Source of the DNA: Eledone cirrhosa
Taxonomy: Eukaryota
Assembly (NCBI GenBank): GCA_964016885.1
Contig: CAXHJY010000928.1
Location: forward strand, 968,344-1,032,343
Length of the DNA stretch: 64,000 bases
Direction of reading: 5' to 3'
A program made the translations under genes and the position numbers. Shown here piece after piece: positions 53,231 through 63,656 of the stretch. The notes beneath the pieces are model-generated. The model searched no databases, was not told where the DNA came from, and was given only the letters and a program-made list of their open reading frames with translations. The number at the start of each line of letters is the position of its first letter. Within the stretch, counting starts at the first letter, position 1.

Positions 53231-53288
53231 CTTTATGCTCTGAAGAGTCCCACTTCTAGTGTGGACGAAACACTGTTAGCAATTAAAG
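53231..53288 (+). ncRNA. Minimal type-I hammerhead ribozyme motif in a putative Penelope-like remnant (~53087-53325)
   Basis: tgct-CTGAAGA-gtcc(cac ttcta gtg t)ggac-GAAA-cactg-TT-agca. Core intact; stem I can be extended by cttta/taaag; predicted cleavage after GUU (53277). Confidence 0.75.
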
Positions 53289-53403
53289 ATATACCTATGT
53301 TCTAAGCGCTCTTTGTTGTTAATTGTATATATATATATATATTATATATATATTTATATAATATATAAATATATATATATATATATTATATATATATATA
53401 TAT

Positions 53404-53448
<45 letters not shown>

Positions 53449-53449
53449 C

Positions 53450-54453
53450 AGCAAGTGCCCACAGAATACTAGCTCATTCCATTGTACAGATGGTTCTATA
53501 GAAATAGTGGACACCTTCCGTTACCTGGGTGACAAAATCAGCAGTGGTGGAGGGTGCTCTGAAAGTACAGTAGCTAGAGTCAGAACTGGATGGAAAAAGT
53601 TCAGAGAGCTTATACCACTATTAGCCGCTAAAGGGTTCTCCCTAAAAACGAAAGGCAGGTTGTATGATGCCTGCATACGAACAGCAATGTTGCATGGCAG
53701 TGAGACCTGGGCATTGTGTGCAGAGGATATACGCAGACTAGAGAGAAACGAAGCTTGCATGCTCCGCTGGATGTGTAATAGTAATATACGTGAACAGCAA
53801 AGCATAAACGAACTAAGGGAGAAATTAGGAATAAGAGGGATCAGATGCTGTTTACTCGAGAGAAGACTACGTTGGTATGGTCACGTGATGCGCATGAAAG
53901 ACGACAGCTGTATAAAAAAGTGCAGGGCGATAAAAATAGACGGTAGCCACGGAGTAGGCAGACCCAGAAAAACCTGGGACGACTTGATAAATTCCAACCT
54001 CACACACTTACACCTCTCCAAGACAATGTCACTGGACTGAGATCTTTGGCGCTACACAGTAACACAGAAGACCCGCCTTGCCTAAGTACGAAGCGAAACC
54101 TATAGTCAGTAGGGACCTCTAACAAAAATACACCACCGTCCCACTACCCGCACCCCATCCACACCGCCCCTTTCAATGTAAAGTTATGTTGGTGCCACAA
54201 CATCCAGGCCAAAACAAATGAGGTCGTGTAGGTGTCACGACAAAAAAACACACAGTCCACGCTGTAATGTGGCCGTGTAGGTAACACGGTAAAAACCTCC
54301 CAGTCCACACTGTAAAAGGTTGGTGTTAGGAAGGGCATCCAGCTGTAGAAAACCCGCCAGACAGTCCTATACGAGCTCGTCAACCAATCCTGCCTCAAGT
54401 GGGAAAATTCCCATCCAAACCCATGCAAGTGTGGAAGATGGATGTTAAACGAT
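53450..54453 (+). mobile_element. 5'-truncated RTE LINE (ORF C-terminus plus 3' UTR)
   Basis: Frame SKCPQNTSSFHCTDGSIEIVDTFRYLG...LHGSETW...ELREKLGIRGIRCCLLERRLRWYGHVMRM...GRPRKTW, then a 3' UTR ending gatgttaaacgat. Confidence 0.93.
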
Positions 54454-54664
54454 ATATATATATATATATATATAATGTAATATATAATATATTATATATA
54501 ATATATTATATATATGTATATTATATATATATATATATAATATATTATATATATGTATATTATATATATATATATATAATATATTATATATATATATTAT
54601 ATATATATATATTATATATATATATTATATATATATATATATTATATATATAATATATATATAA

Positions 54665-54750
54665 TTGTTTCTACTTTAGGCACAAGGCCAGCAATTACCC
54701 AGTGCATTACTGGTACTTTATTTTATCGACCCCGTAAGGATGAAAGGCAA
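54665..54750 (-). mobile_element. Family A SINE fragment
   Basis: Reverse complement of ~46212-46300. Confidence 0.7.
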
Positions 54751-54796
54751 ATATATAATATATTATATATATATATATATATATAATATATTATAA

Positions 54797-55016
54797 CGAA
54801 GGAAATGTGGTAAGGAACCAGGTGGACCATAACGCACCAAAGTACTCAATACTTAGGGTAGTAGAGTGGGTAATAGGAACGAGTAGGACCCCGACGGCTG
54901 AGCTCAAGCCGTTTCGACGGCTAATTGGCTAATTCTGGACTAAAATCCATTTTAGTCGTCCAGAATTAGCCGTCGAAACGGCTTGTGCTCAGCCGTCGGT
55001 GTCCTACTCGTTCCTA
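54797..55016. mobile_element. Hairpin-bearing repeat family C, copy 1
   Basis: A unique ~75-bp leader plus a long inverted repeat ataggaacgagtaggaccccgacggctgagc...gctcagccgtcggtgtcctactcgttcctat; related copies at 59713-59900 and 60410-60590. Confidence 0.7.
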
Positions 55017-55049
55017 TAATATATTATATATATATTATATATATATATA

Positions 55050-55088
<39 letters not shown>

Positions 55089-55109
<21 letters not shown>

Positions 55110-55627
55110 CATCATCATCATCGTTTAACATCCATGTTCCACGCTTGCATGGGTTTGGACGGGAGTTTTCCCACTTGAGGCAAGAGTGGTTGTCTTGCTC
55201 GCATAGGACTGTCTGGCGGGTTTTCTACAGTTGGATGCCCTTCCTAACACCAACCACATTTACAGTGTGGGACTGGGAGGTTTTTACCGTGTTGCCTACA
55301 CGGCCACTTTACAGCGTGGACTGTGTGTTTTTTTGTCGTGACACCTACATGATCTCATTTGTTTCGGCCTGGATGTTGTGGCACCAACATAACTTTACAT
55401 TGAAAGGGGCGGTGTGGATGGGGTGGGGGTGGTGTGGCGGGGGCGTGTTTTGTTAGAGATGCCTACTGACTGTAGTAGCTTTTACTTTGTACTTAGGCAA
55501 GGCGGGTCTTCTCTATTACTGAGTACCGCCAAAGATCTCGGTCCAGGAGAGGTGTAAGTGTGTGAGGTCGGAATTTATCAGCTCATCCCAGGTTTTTCTA
55601 GGTCTGCCTACTCCGTGGCTACCGTCT
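55089..55627 (-). mobile_element. 5'-truncated RTE LINE 3' end, inverted relative to 53450-54453
   Basis: (cat)n tail, 3' UTR and GRPRKTWDE-coding end; reverse complement of ~53937-54453. Confidence 0.9.
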
Positions 55628-55629
55628 AT

Positions 55630-56340
55630 GTATTATATATATATATATAATATATTATATATATATATATAATATATTATATATATATATTATATATATA
55701 TATATATTATATATATAGATATTATATATATTATATATATATACATATATTATATATATATATATACATATATATAATATATTATATATATATTATATAT
55801 ATATTATATATTATATATATATAATATATTATATATATATAATATATTATATATATATATATATTATATATAATATATATATAATATATTATATATCTAT
55901 ATCCAAAATTAAGATAAATCAAATGAATTATCTCCTGTGTTTATTCATGTTTATTTATATGTTAATCAATCTCTAGTTATTATAATATATTATATATATA
56001 TTATATATATATATTATATATATATATTATATTATATATATATATATTATATATATATATTATATATATTATATATATATATTATATTATATATATATAT
56101 GTTATATATATATATAATATATATTATATATATATAATATATATATATTATATATTATATATATATAATATATATATATAATATATATATATTATATATA
56201 TAATATATATATATTATATATATAATATATATATATTATATATATATATATTATGTATATATATTATATATATATAATATATAATATATATATATTATAT
56301 ATATATAATATATATTATATATATATAATATATATTATAC
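55630..56340. repeat. Long compound AT-only microsatellite/low-complexity tract
   Basis: (TA)n interspersed with taatatatta units; a short non-repetitive island lies at ~55900-55980. Confidence 0.9.
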
Positions 56341-56501
56341 TGTTGACCATGTTATTCTTCACACTTTCAATATTATTACTCCAAGATAAACTTACATAGG
56401 AATACAAGAGAAATCACAAACAACACTGTACGCTAAAACTATCCACAATACGGAGTATTCACAACCTCTAACTGGATTACCTATAACGATATTTTGTTAC
56501 C

Positions 56502-56536
<35 letters not shown>

Positions 56537-56686
56537 GGGTTTATATGAAAGCATATACTGTACATTTATATACAATAAATATATGAGAGCCTCACTATCA
56601 ATGAAAAGATATTTTTTCGTTAGGGAAAAGTTATTTATCTCTCTTTTGCTCAGTAAACATGTCACATATATCTCAGTAGCCATTGA

Positions 56687-56737
56687 GAATGCCAGACAGC
56701 TGTTTCAAGATTTGTTACTCTCTCATCAGTGACATTC
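56687..56737 (-). ncRNA. Minimal type-I hammerhead ribozyme motif (best example in window)
   Basis: Minus strand: gaatgtca-CTGATGA-gaga(gtaacaaa)tctt-GAAA-cagctg-TC-tggcattc. 8-bp stem I, palindromic stem III acagctgt, canonical GUC cleavage triplet. Confidence 0.8.
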
Positions 56738-57294
56738 ACTCACCTATTACTGAGATGAAAATAGACTAAAATCTATATAGATTTTGTGCATTGAACATGT
56801 GTTGGAGATGCCCATTTCATACAGCAAATAGAAAATATCAGCTAGAAATTTGCATACAGTGTGAACGCGGCTGGTTATAATTAATTGTTAAGTGGATGCT
56901 AAATGATGATGATGGTGTTGATATATAGATATGAGCAGCATCATTTAATGTGTGTTTTATCTGTTAGAAACTGTTGGACAGGTTTTTACAGACCGAGTCA
57001 GTACTCAAGCATGGCTACAGACCTCCAAGACAGACCAGAAACCACTATATCACTTACATATGCTCTCATGCTGTCTTGTCTGCATTTTATCATGACTAGG
57101 GAGGTTGTCATGTCTTTGACATGACTGAATGGTCCTCTCGACTGTTTCTTTGTCAATATTTCTATCACCAACCACTTTACAGAATGTACTGGATGTGTTT
57201 ATCATGTAGATCACCAACACTAGGGAAGTTTCATATGTAAGATACAACTTAATATTAAAAAGTTATTGTTTTATATATTTCTGTTTTATTTTAG

Positions 57295-57700
57295 CCCTCC
57301 ACCTTCTCTATGTAATGAAGAAATAGTAATACCGACGACAAGTTTTGTTTCAGTAAACACCCCAGCAATACCAGTCACTACCACAAAGATGTATAACCCT
57401 CCTGGTTACACACCAATGACCAGGTGTGAGAGTCTTATTCACAACCACTTTGACAGTCTAATTTCATCCCCTTCCTCTTCCTCTTCCTCTACTACCACCT
57501 CACAATCGAGCTTCACTGAACAAGAACAACGGAAACAATCAGAAAGTTCTATTAAGACAATCCCTTCATCGATAGAAGAAGAAAGCTTTCTCTCACAGAT
57601 GGAAGCAACAGAAAATACAGAAGAAAAAAACAAGTCCAAAAAGAAGAGAGTACTTCCAAAGCTATTCCGCCGGAATGGAGATGTCAAGAAGAAATCCTAA
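57295..57700 (+). CDS. Terminal coding exon of the same unidentified gene (Ser/Thr-rich, basic C-terminus)
   Basis: Acceptor tttctgttttattttag|. The phase-2 start joins ag+c (Ser) with the previous exon. The frame is open to TAA at 57698-57700 (…KKKRVLPKLFRRNGDVKKKS) and is followed by TE-poor UTR-like sequence with several AATAAA (e.g. 58479). Confidence 0.75.
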
Positions 57701-58727
57701 CTCACAACAGCCAGTTTCAACAATTTTTTTTTTTGGGGGGGGGGGAGAGTCGGTTCCCCACAACTCACAGCTGATAAATTTTTTTTAAATAATTTTATTC
57801 TAAATTCTCAGTTCTTTTTCCTCTTCCTGTTTCTCCCCCTCCCCACTTCTCCTTCCTCTTTCTTCTTCGAACACTTATTCTTGGGAGGGTTGTGAGGGGG
57901 CAGAGTCCTCAGACATTCCTTCTAACAGGTCCTGTCATTAACAATAACCTTTGTCTCCAAGTGAAACCAGCTGAGCTCATGGATGTTATCCAATCATCTT
58001 GCTTGGAGTCTACCCCCTGGGTCTCCTGCCCTGCCAGTTGGTTTTGTCTGTAAAATCTGTCCAAAAGTCCAAAGTAAATCTTGAGATATTCAAACATGTC
58101 CTCCATAGTATCAGAGCTGTGATCTCTCAATTTGGAGAAGTAGCAGCTCTACCTGGAGTGACTCTCTCATCTCCAAGCTATGCACTTTATCGAGTAATGT
58201 TACTCCAAAGACCCTTCAGAGTAACCCCATTTCAACCTCTTTGTGATCATATTCTTTTGGTTGGTTTAAAAAAAATTCCTTTCCTTCCTTCTTTCTTTTG
58301 TTTGTTTGTTTGTTTGTTTGTTTTTTTCTTTCTTTCCTCCTTTCTCTCTTTCTTTCTTTCCTTCTTTATCTCTCTTCCTCTCTCCCTCTCTCACTATAGA
58401 TAAGTGATATTTGACAAGTGGATAACTCCCCAGAGGCTGGCAGATTGGGGGGCAAAAATTTATATTTTTTATAAGAATAATAAAATAAAATAAAAAAGCA
58501 TGAACAAAAAAAAGTACAATAAATTTAAAACAGAAACTCTTTTTGAGATTCAGAAAAGAAGAACAATACTGGACATATTGAAGTGTCTGTCTGTGTGTCG
58601 ACAGAATTGTAGAGTGTTTGAGTCATATAACTTTGATAGGTGGTTTTGGCCAGTATTGGCTCAGGTTATGTCTAACATAATAGCACCACCTGTACACACA
58701 CATATATATATATATACACACACACAG

Positions 58728-58784
<57 letters not shown>

Positions 58785-59022
58785 CTAATATTTGTGTTAT
58801 AAAAATATTGACTAACTGGGTTACGTATGCAACACTCCAATCAATAAATAATGATGTAATTAGGTTCAAGCACTCAACATCATGTATACTTCTAATTCTG
58901 ATATGGTAGTACATGGTGGACTATATGTACAATAATGATAGAAATGTGAAGGGTAAATTTCCATAATTACGTAATAAAATAAATCATGGAAATGTTACCG
59001 TAGCATTTTTATAATTATTGTA

Positions 59023-59069
<47 letters not shown>

Positions 59070-59310
59070 GTGTTAAAAAGACTCACGTAGCTACAACCAT
59101 ATCAAATAGGAATCAAAAGTGGAGGGGGGCACACAAGACAAAGGCAATGGAAAAAAGCAAGGGCAGTCCTTCTCTTCAGTTAACTTCTGGAAATCCTTAT
59201 AGTTTCGGTGCATTAAAGAGTTGATATTATTGATTTTAATGCACATGGGATGATTGGCAACAGAACAAGGAGACTAGGACAAATTGTGCCTTTCGATGAT
59301 TTATACAACT

Positions 59311-59311
<1 letters not shown>

Positions 59312-59345
<34 letters not shown>
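59312..59345. repeat. Poly-C tract (34 nt)
   Basis: Direct reading. Confidence 0.9.
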
Positions 59346-59358
59346 ACAAAAAAAAATA

Positions 59359-59391
<33 letters not shown>

Positions 59392-59631
59392 GGTAATAAT
59401 AAAATTAAAATAAAAATAAATAAATAAATGAAATAAGAAAATTGCTACATACCAATGTTCTTCAACTCAGAAGGAAGTGATAAAAACATGGTGCTGCGCA
59501 ATAACTTATCCAAGAAAAGGATAGTTCATTAAGAGAAGGAAGTGTCTGTCTTTCTGTTGTCTTTGTTTTCTGTGTCCCAACTGTTTTTGATTCCTATATA
59601 TATATATAATAAACATCACAATATAATTATT

Positions 59632-59696
59632 CCATTACCCAAGGTTTCATGAAGTTAGACGGTTCTAACAGAAACGTCTAGTTCGTTCATCAGATG
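59632..59696 (-). ncRNA. Type-I hammerhead ribozyme motif with long stem II
   Basis: Minus strand: cat-CTGATGA-acgaa..tagacg..cgtcta..ttcat-GAAA-ccttggg-TA-atg; 3-bp stem III and GUA triplet, but stem I is short. Confidence 0.55.
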
Positions 59697-59712
59697 ATAT
59701 ATTTCTGTATAT

Positions 59713-59900
59713 AATGAAGGAATTGTGGTAAGGAACCAGATGGACCATAACGCACCAAAGTACTCAATACTTAGGGTATTGGAGTGGGTAATAGGAACAA
59801 GTATGACCCCCGACGGCAGAGCTCAAGTCGTTTCGACGGCAAATTCTGAATTAGCCGTCGAAATGGCTTGAGCTCTGCCGTCGGGGTCATACTTGTTCCT
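59713..59900. mobile_element. Hairpin-bearing repeat family C, copy 2
   Basis: Same leader as 54797; inverted repeat ataggaacaagtatgacccccgacggcagagc...gctctgccgtcggggtcatacttgttcctat. Confidence 0.7.
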
Positions 59901-59971
59901 ATATATATATACTTCGTTTTTGAATTTGTTTTGCAAAGTTTCTTATGTGAAAACGTGTGTTGAAACAGATT

Positions 59972-60357
59972 GTTATACTTTGGGAGGGTCATGCTGCCAA
60001 TAAGAACACACACACCTGTTGGTTTTCACTTCAATTTATTATAAATTTCCGGTTGGTTGGTTCGATAGCAGGAAGGTTGTTTATGTATTGTCAAAACTCT
60101 TTCGTCACACATTCTGTGACCTGCTCAGTGACTAGGTTTTTATTTTATGTCTCTCCTTTGTTCTGCCCTTCACCAACTTGTTTTTTGCGGAGGTCACAGA
60201 ATGTGTGGCGAAAGAGCTTTGACAATATATAAACAACCTTCCGGTTATCGAACCAACCAACCAACCAATAAGCCGGAAATTTATAATAAATTGAAGTGAA
60301 AAACAATAGGTGCGTGTGTTTTTATTGGCAGCATGACCTTCCCAAAGTATACCAATA
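59972..60357. mobile_element. Foldback element family D, copy 1 (inverted arms with degenerate hammerhead motif)
   Basis: ~59972-60122 pairs with ~60190-60357. The left arm on the minus strand reads gtca-CTGAGCA-g-gtcaca..tgtgac-GAAA-gagt-TT-tgac (core G8 altered). Confidence 0.7.
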
Positions 60358-60409
60358 TCTATATATATATGTTTATATATATATATATACACATATATGA
60401 AAATAGTCA

Positions 60410-60590
60410 GGAGCCAAACAGCTGAGCTCTGGCCGTTTCGACAGTTAGATCTGAACTGTCTGTCGAAACAGCCGGAGCTCAGCTGTCTGAGTCCTGACCC
60501 TTTTCCTATTCTACTACCCACTCTACTACCCTAAGTATTGAGTACTCTGGTGCATTATGGTCCACCTGTTATCTTATCACACCCTCTTTG
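60410..60590. mobile_element. Hairpin-bearing repeat family C, copy 3 (opposite orientation, more diverged)
   Basis: 60503-60581 is the reverse complement of the family C leader; hairpin cagctgagctctggccgtttcgacag...ctgtcgaaacagccggagctcagctg. Confidence 0.65.
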
Positions 60591-60615
60591 TTATATATAT
60601 ATATATATATATATA

Positions 60616-60772
60616 TTGTTATACTTGGGGAGGTTCATTGCTAGAAATAATAATAAAACGCACACGCTGTTTGGTTTGGGTTGGTTTTCGCTTTTGTGTC
60701 TTTTATATCTCCATAGTTAATTTAGCTGGCAATCAGTGTTTATTACTGATTGACCAACGGTTTAAAATACAG

Positions 60773-60829
<57 letters not shown>

Positions 60830-61188
60830 ATCAAAGTTCTTTCGTCACACATCTGTGACATCATCATCAGTGGTACTATTATGCCCCCCCCCCCCGTCGT
60901 TGTATTGTAATGTCTATGCCTAAAAATAGCATAGGCATTACAATACAACGAGAGGAAACATAATAGTACCACTGATGATGTCACAGATGTGTGACGAAAG
61001 AACTTTGATAGACTATATATATATTTATATCTGTATTCTTGGTCAATCCATGATAAATATTGATTGCCAAATAAATTAACTATGGAGATATAAAAGATAC
61101 AGAAGTGAAAACCAACCAAACAGTGAGTGTCTTCTGTTATTTCTGCCAATATTATTACAACAATATGACCCTCCCCAAGTATAACAAT
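60616..61188. mobile_element. Foldback element family D, copy 2 (inverted arms with hammerhead motifs, central hairpin)
   Basis: 60616-60883 pairs with 60959-61188; central stem ~60897-60949. The right arm reads acca-CTGATGA-t-gtcaca(gatg)tgtgac-GAAA-gaac-TT-tgat at 60968-61009. Confidence 0.72.
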
Positions 61189-61357
61189 ATTTGTTTCGAC
61201 ACATGATTTCATATCAAAAACATATATATGTATATATACATATTATTCTCCTTTTTTTCATAAATGATACCTTTTTTGTTTGCTTTTAAAAAATTTGTTG
61301 TTATTATCAATATTACTATTATCATCATTATTATTATTATTGATATTATTATTATTA

Positions 61358-61580
61358 AAATGGTGATGGATTGCAGTATCGGTAGAGCATTGGACAATAA
61401 GCTCTGCGGCATATATTTACAGCTTTTACATTCTGAGTTCAAATCCCGCCATGGATAGCTTTACCTTTCATCCTTACAGGATCGATAAAATAAAGTACCA
61501 GTAACACAATGGGTTGATTTAATCCGCTTTCCCCTCCCTCAAAATGGTTGGCCTTTTGCCCAAATTAGAAAGCATTATTA
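61358..61580 (+). mobile_element. Near full-length tRNA-derived SINE (family A)
   Basis: A-box-like ttgcagtatcggtagagc, B box gagttcaaatcc, then ctttcatccttacaggatcgataaaataaagtacc and a ggccttttgcc..ttagaaagcattatt tail. Confidence 0.78.
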
Positions 61581-61705
61581 TAAATGTATGTTTTTACTGG
61601 TGAGAAGAAAGACAACCAGCATGTAATGATTATGAATGAAGATGAACATTTTTTTCTCTATCATCTCCCGAAATGTATAACTTTACAAATTATAAGCTTA
61701 AACAA

Positions 61706-61707
<2 letters not shown>

Positions 61708-61770
<63 letters not shown>
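61708..61770. repeat. (CT)n microsatellite
   Basis: Direct reading. Confidence 0.95.
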
Positions 61771-61773
<3 letters not shown>

Positions 61774-62099
61774 TCTGTGTGTCTATCTCTTTCTCTGTCT
61801 CTATATGTGTATGTTTCTTTCTCTGTCTCTCCTTTCTTTCTTTCTTTCTCTTGCCAGTTCTTATTTGTAAGAATGTGTAAGTTATATATATATATTAGGT
61901 GTATAACTACAGTTAGAACAGTGCTTTTACTAGGTCGTCCGTTTGGATTGTATTCCAGAGTTAAGGCGACTGTATTGCACAGAGTGTAAATATTGGAAGT
62001 CGGTGTTGCAGCATAAATACCAACTTTGTGTGTTACAATTATACTGCAACACTAACTCTTCAATTGCTTTTTATCTATCTATGTGTGTGTGTGTATGTG

Positions 62100-62133
<34 letters not shown>

Positions 62134-62358
62134 AATACATCTTATACAAAATCACTGTGATGGGTATTTACGTCTCTGAATTCAGATTTATTTAAGCAAT
62201 CTGTTTTCATTGAGATATTATGTATATTGGTGGCAAATTTACTATATATATATATATTTGTATTTATATGTCTATCTCTATCATTCACTCTATATATCTA
62301 TCTGTCTGTCATGGGGGATAGATAGATGGGCATATATATACATATGTATGTGTGTTGA

Positions 62359-62396
<38 letters not shown>

Positions 62397-62885
62397 ATAA
62401 TAATAAATTTGAAGACTAAAATCCAAAGAGGGCTCGATAAGGATAAATATATATCAAATATATAAGAACCGTAGAGCAAATATTTATTAAAATAACAGAT
62501 TAAAGTTTAAGCAAAGAATCGCTGCTTTCACCCTTAACGGGATCTTCTGAAACTAACAAAGTCAATCTGTAAACGCAGAAGTAAATATTTCGAAAAACGT
62601 TGCAACCGGAGGAAGACAGGAAGACGATACTTTGGTTCGTGGTAACGTTCGCTGGCAAAGAACGGGAAAAAACGAATATAATACGTCATTAATAGGAGCG
62701 GTGAAAAACAATTACGCGCAAAGACAGAACCACGTTTATGGTATAAAAGAAGTCGTAGACTAATGTTCTCTTAGGTGGTGCATAGAGACGTTCTCTGGCA
62801 ATGAACGGGAAAATGAAGATAACACGTCTTTATGTGGTGCGATGAGAACAATTACACGCAATTGACGTCAAGTCCCCCCCCCCCC

Positions 62886-63656
62886 CAACGCACTTGGGAT
62901 GACATCCAGTGCAGCCTGGCCTCAGACAGGTTCACGCGCCAGCTCGACCTGCACCGCCTTGCTTGTTTTCGTGCGACATCCAAACCCCACAGTGGTGCCT
63001 GACTCCATGCTCTGCCCTCCTCCACTGGCACGCAGCTAGACAACCATAGCCTGCGAATCGACGTTTCCCTGAGGCTCGGCCTCCGGATCTGCCAGCCACA
63101 CCAATGTCGCTGCGGTTCCACCGTGGACTCTTTCGGCCTCAACCCGCTTTCCTGTCGCCACAGTGCCGGCCGCATTCCACGCCATACTGCCCTCAACGAG
63201 GTCATTAAGCATGGCTTGGACGCTGCAGGCTTCCCTTCCCAGCTCGAGCCTGTGGGGCTAGATCGAGGGGACAGCAAAAGGCCAGATGGCATGACCATCT
63301 TCCCGTTCCGCGGTGGTAAACCCCTCGTCTGGGATGCTACTTGCACCGGCACTTTCTGCAGCCGCAACCTGGTGCAGTCTGCGACTGACCCAGGTTCTGC
63401 TGCACGTCGGGCTGAGGGGGCCAAACTCCTCAAATACCCGTCGCTCTCCGACAGGTTTGCGGTCGTACCCCTGGCAATGGAGACTTCTGGTGTCCTCGGC
63501 CCCAGCGCTACCTCCTTACTCACCATAGGTGCTGAGCTGGTCAGCCGCGAGTTGGAATAGCTTTTCCAACACGTCTCCCTTGCCGTCCTTCGGGGAAACG
63601 CCTTCTCCATTCTGTCCCCATCGCGTACCGTTGTAGTTGTTGTATACAGATATTAA
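62886..63656 (+). mobile_element. 3' fragment of a CRE-like non-LTR retrotransposon (zinc knuckle plus restriction-like endonuclease), pseudogenised
   Basis: One frame reads SGA*LHALP...LRLG...CRCGSTVDSFGLNPLSC...RHTALN...LEPVGL...KRPDG...WDATC...AEGAKLLKY...PLAMETSGVLG...*LFQHVSLAVLRGNA, with two in-frame stops at probable Trp codons. Visibly GC-rich. Confidence 0.85.

Noticed and set aside
57909-58403. ORFs downstream of the terminal exon
   Set aside because: They have no recognisable motifs or splice support and run into low-complexity sequence; more likely 3' UTR.
59312-59345. Poly-C run as a functional G-quadruplex
   Set aside because: A simple homopolymer of uncertain length with nothing else supporting function.
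47566-62419. Numerous YIYI/LSLS/HTHT-rich ORFs
   Set aside because: Translations of (TA)n, (CT)n and (CA)n microsatellites.
62852-63610. 252-aa minus-strand ORF
   Set aside because: Antisense of the GC-rich CRE-like frame, which carries the conserved motifs on +.
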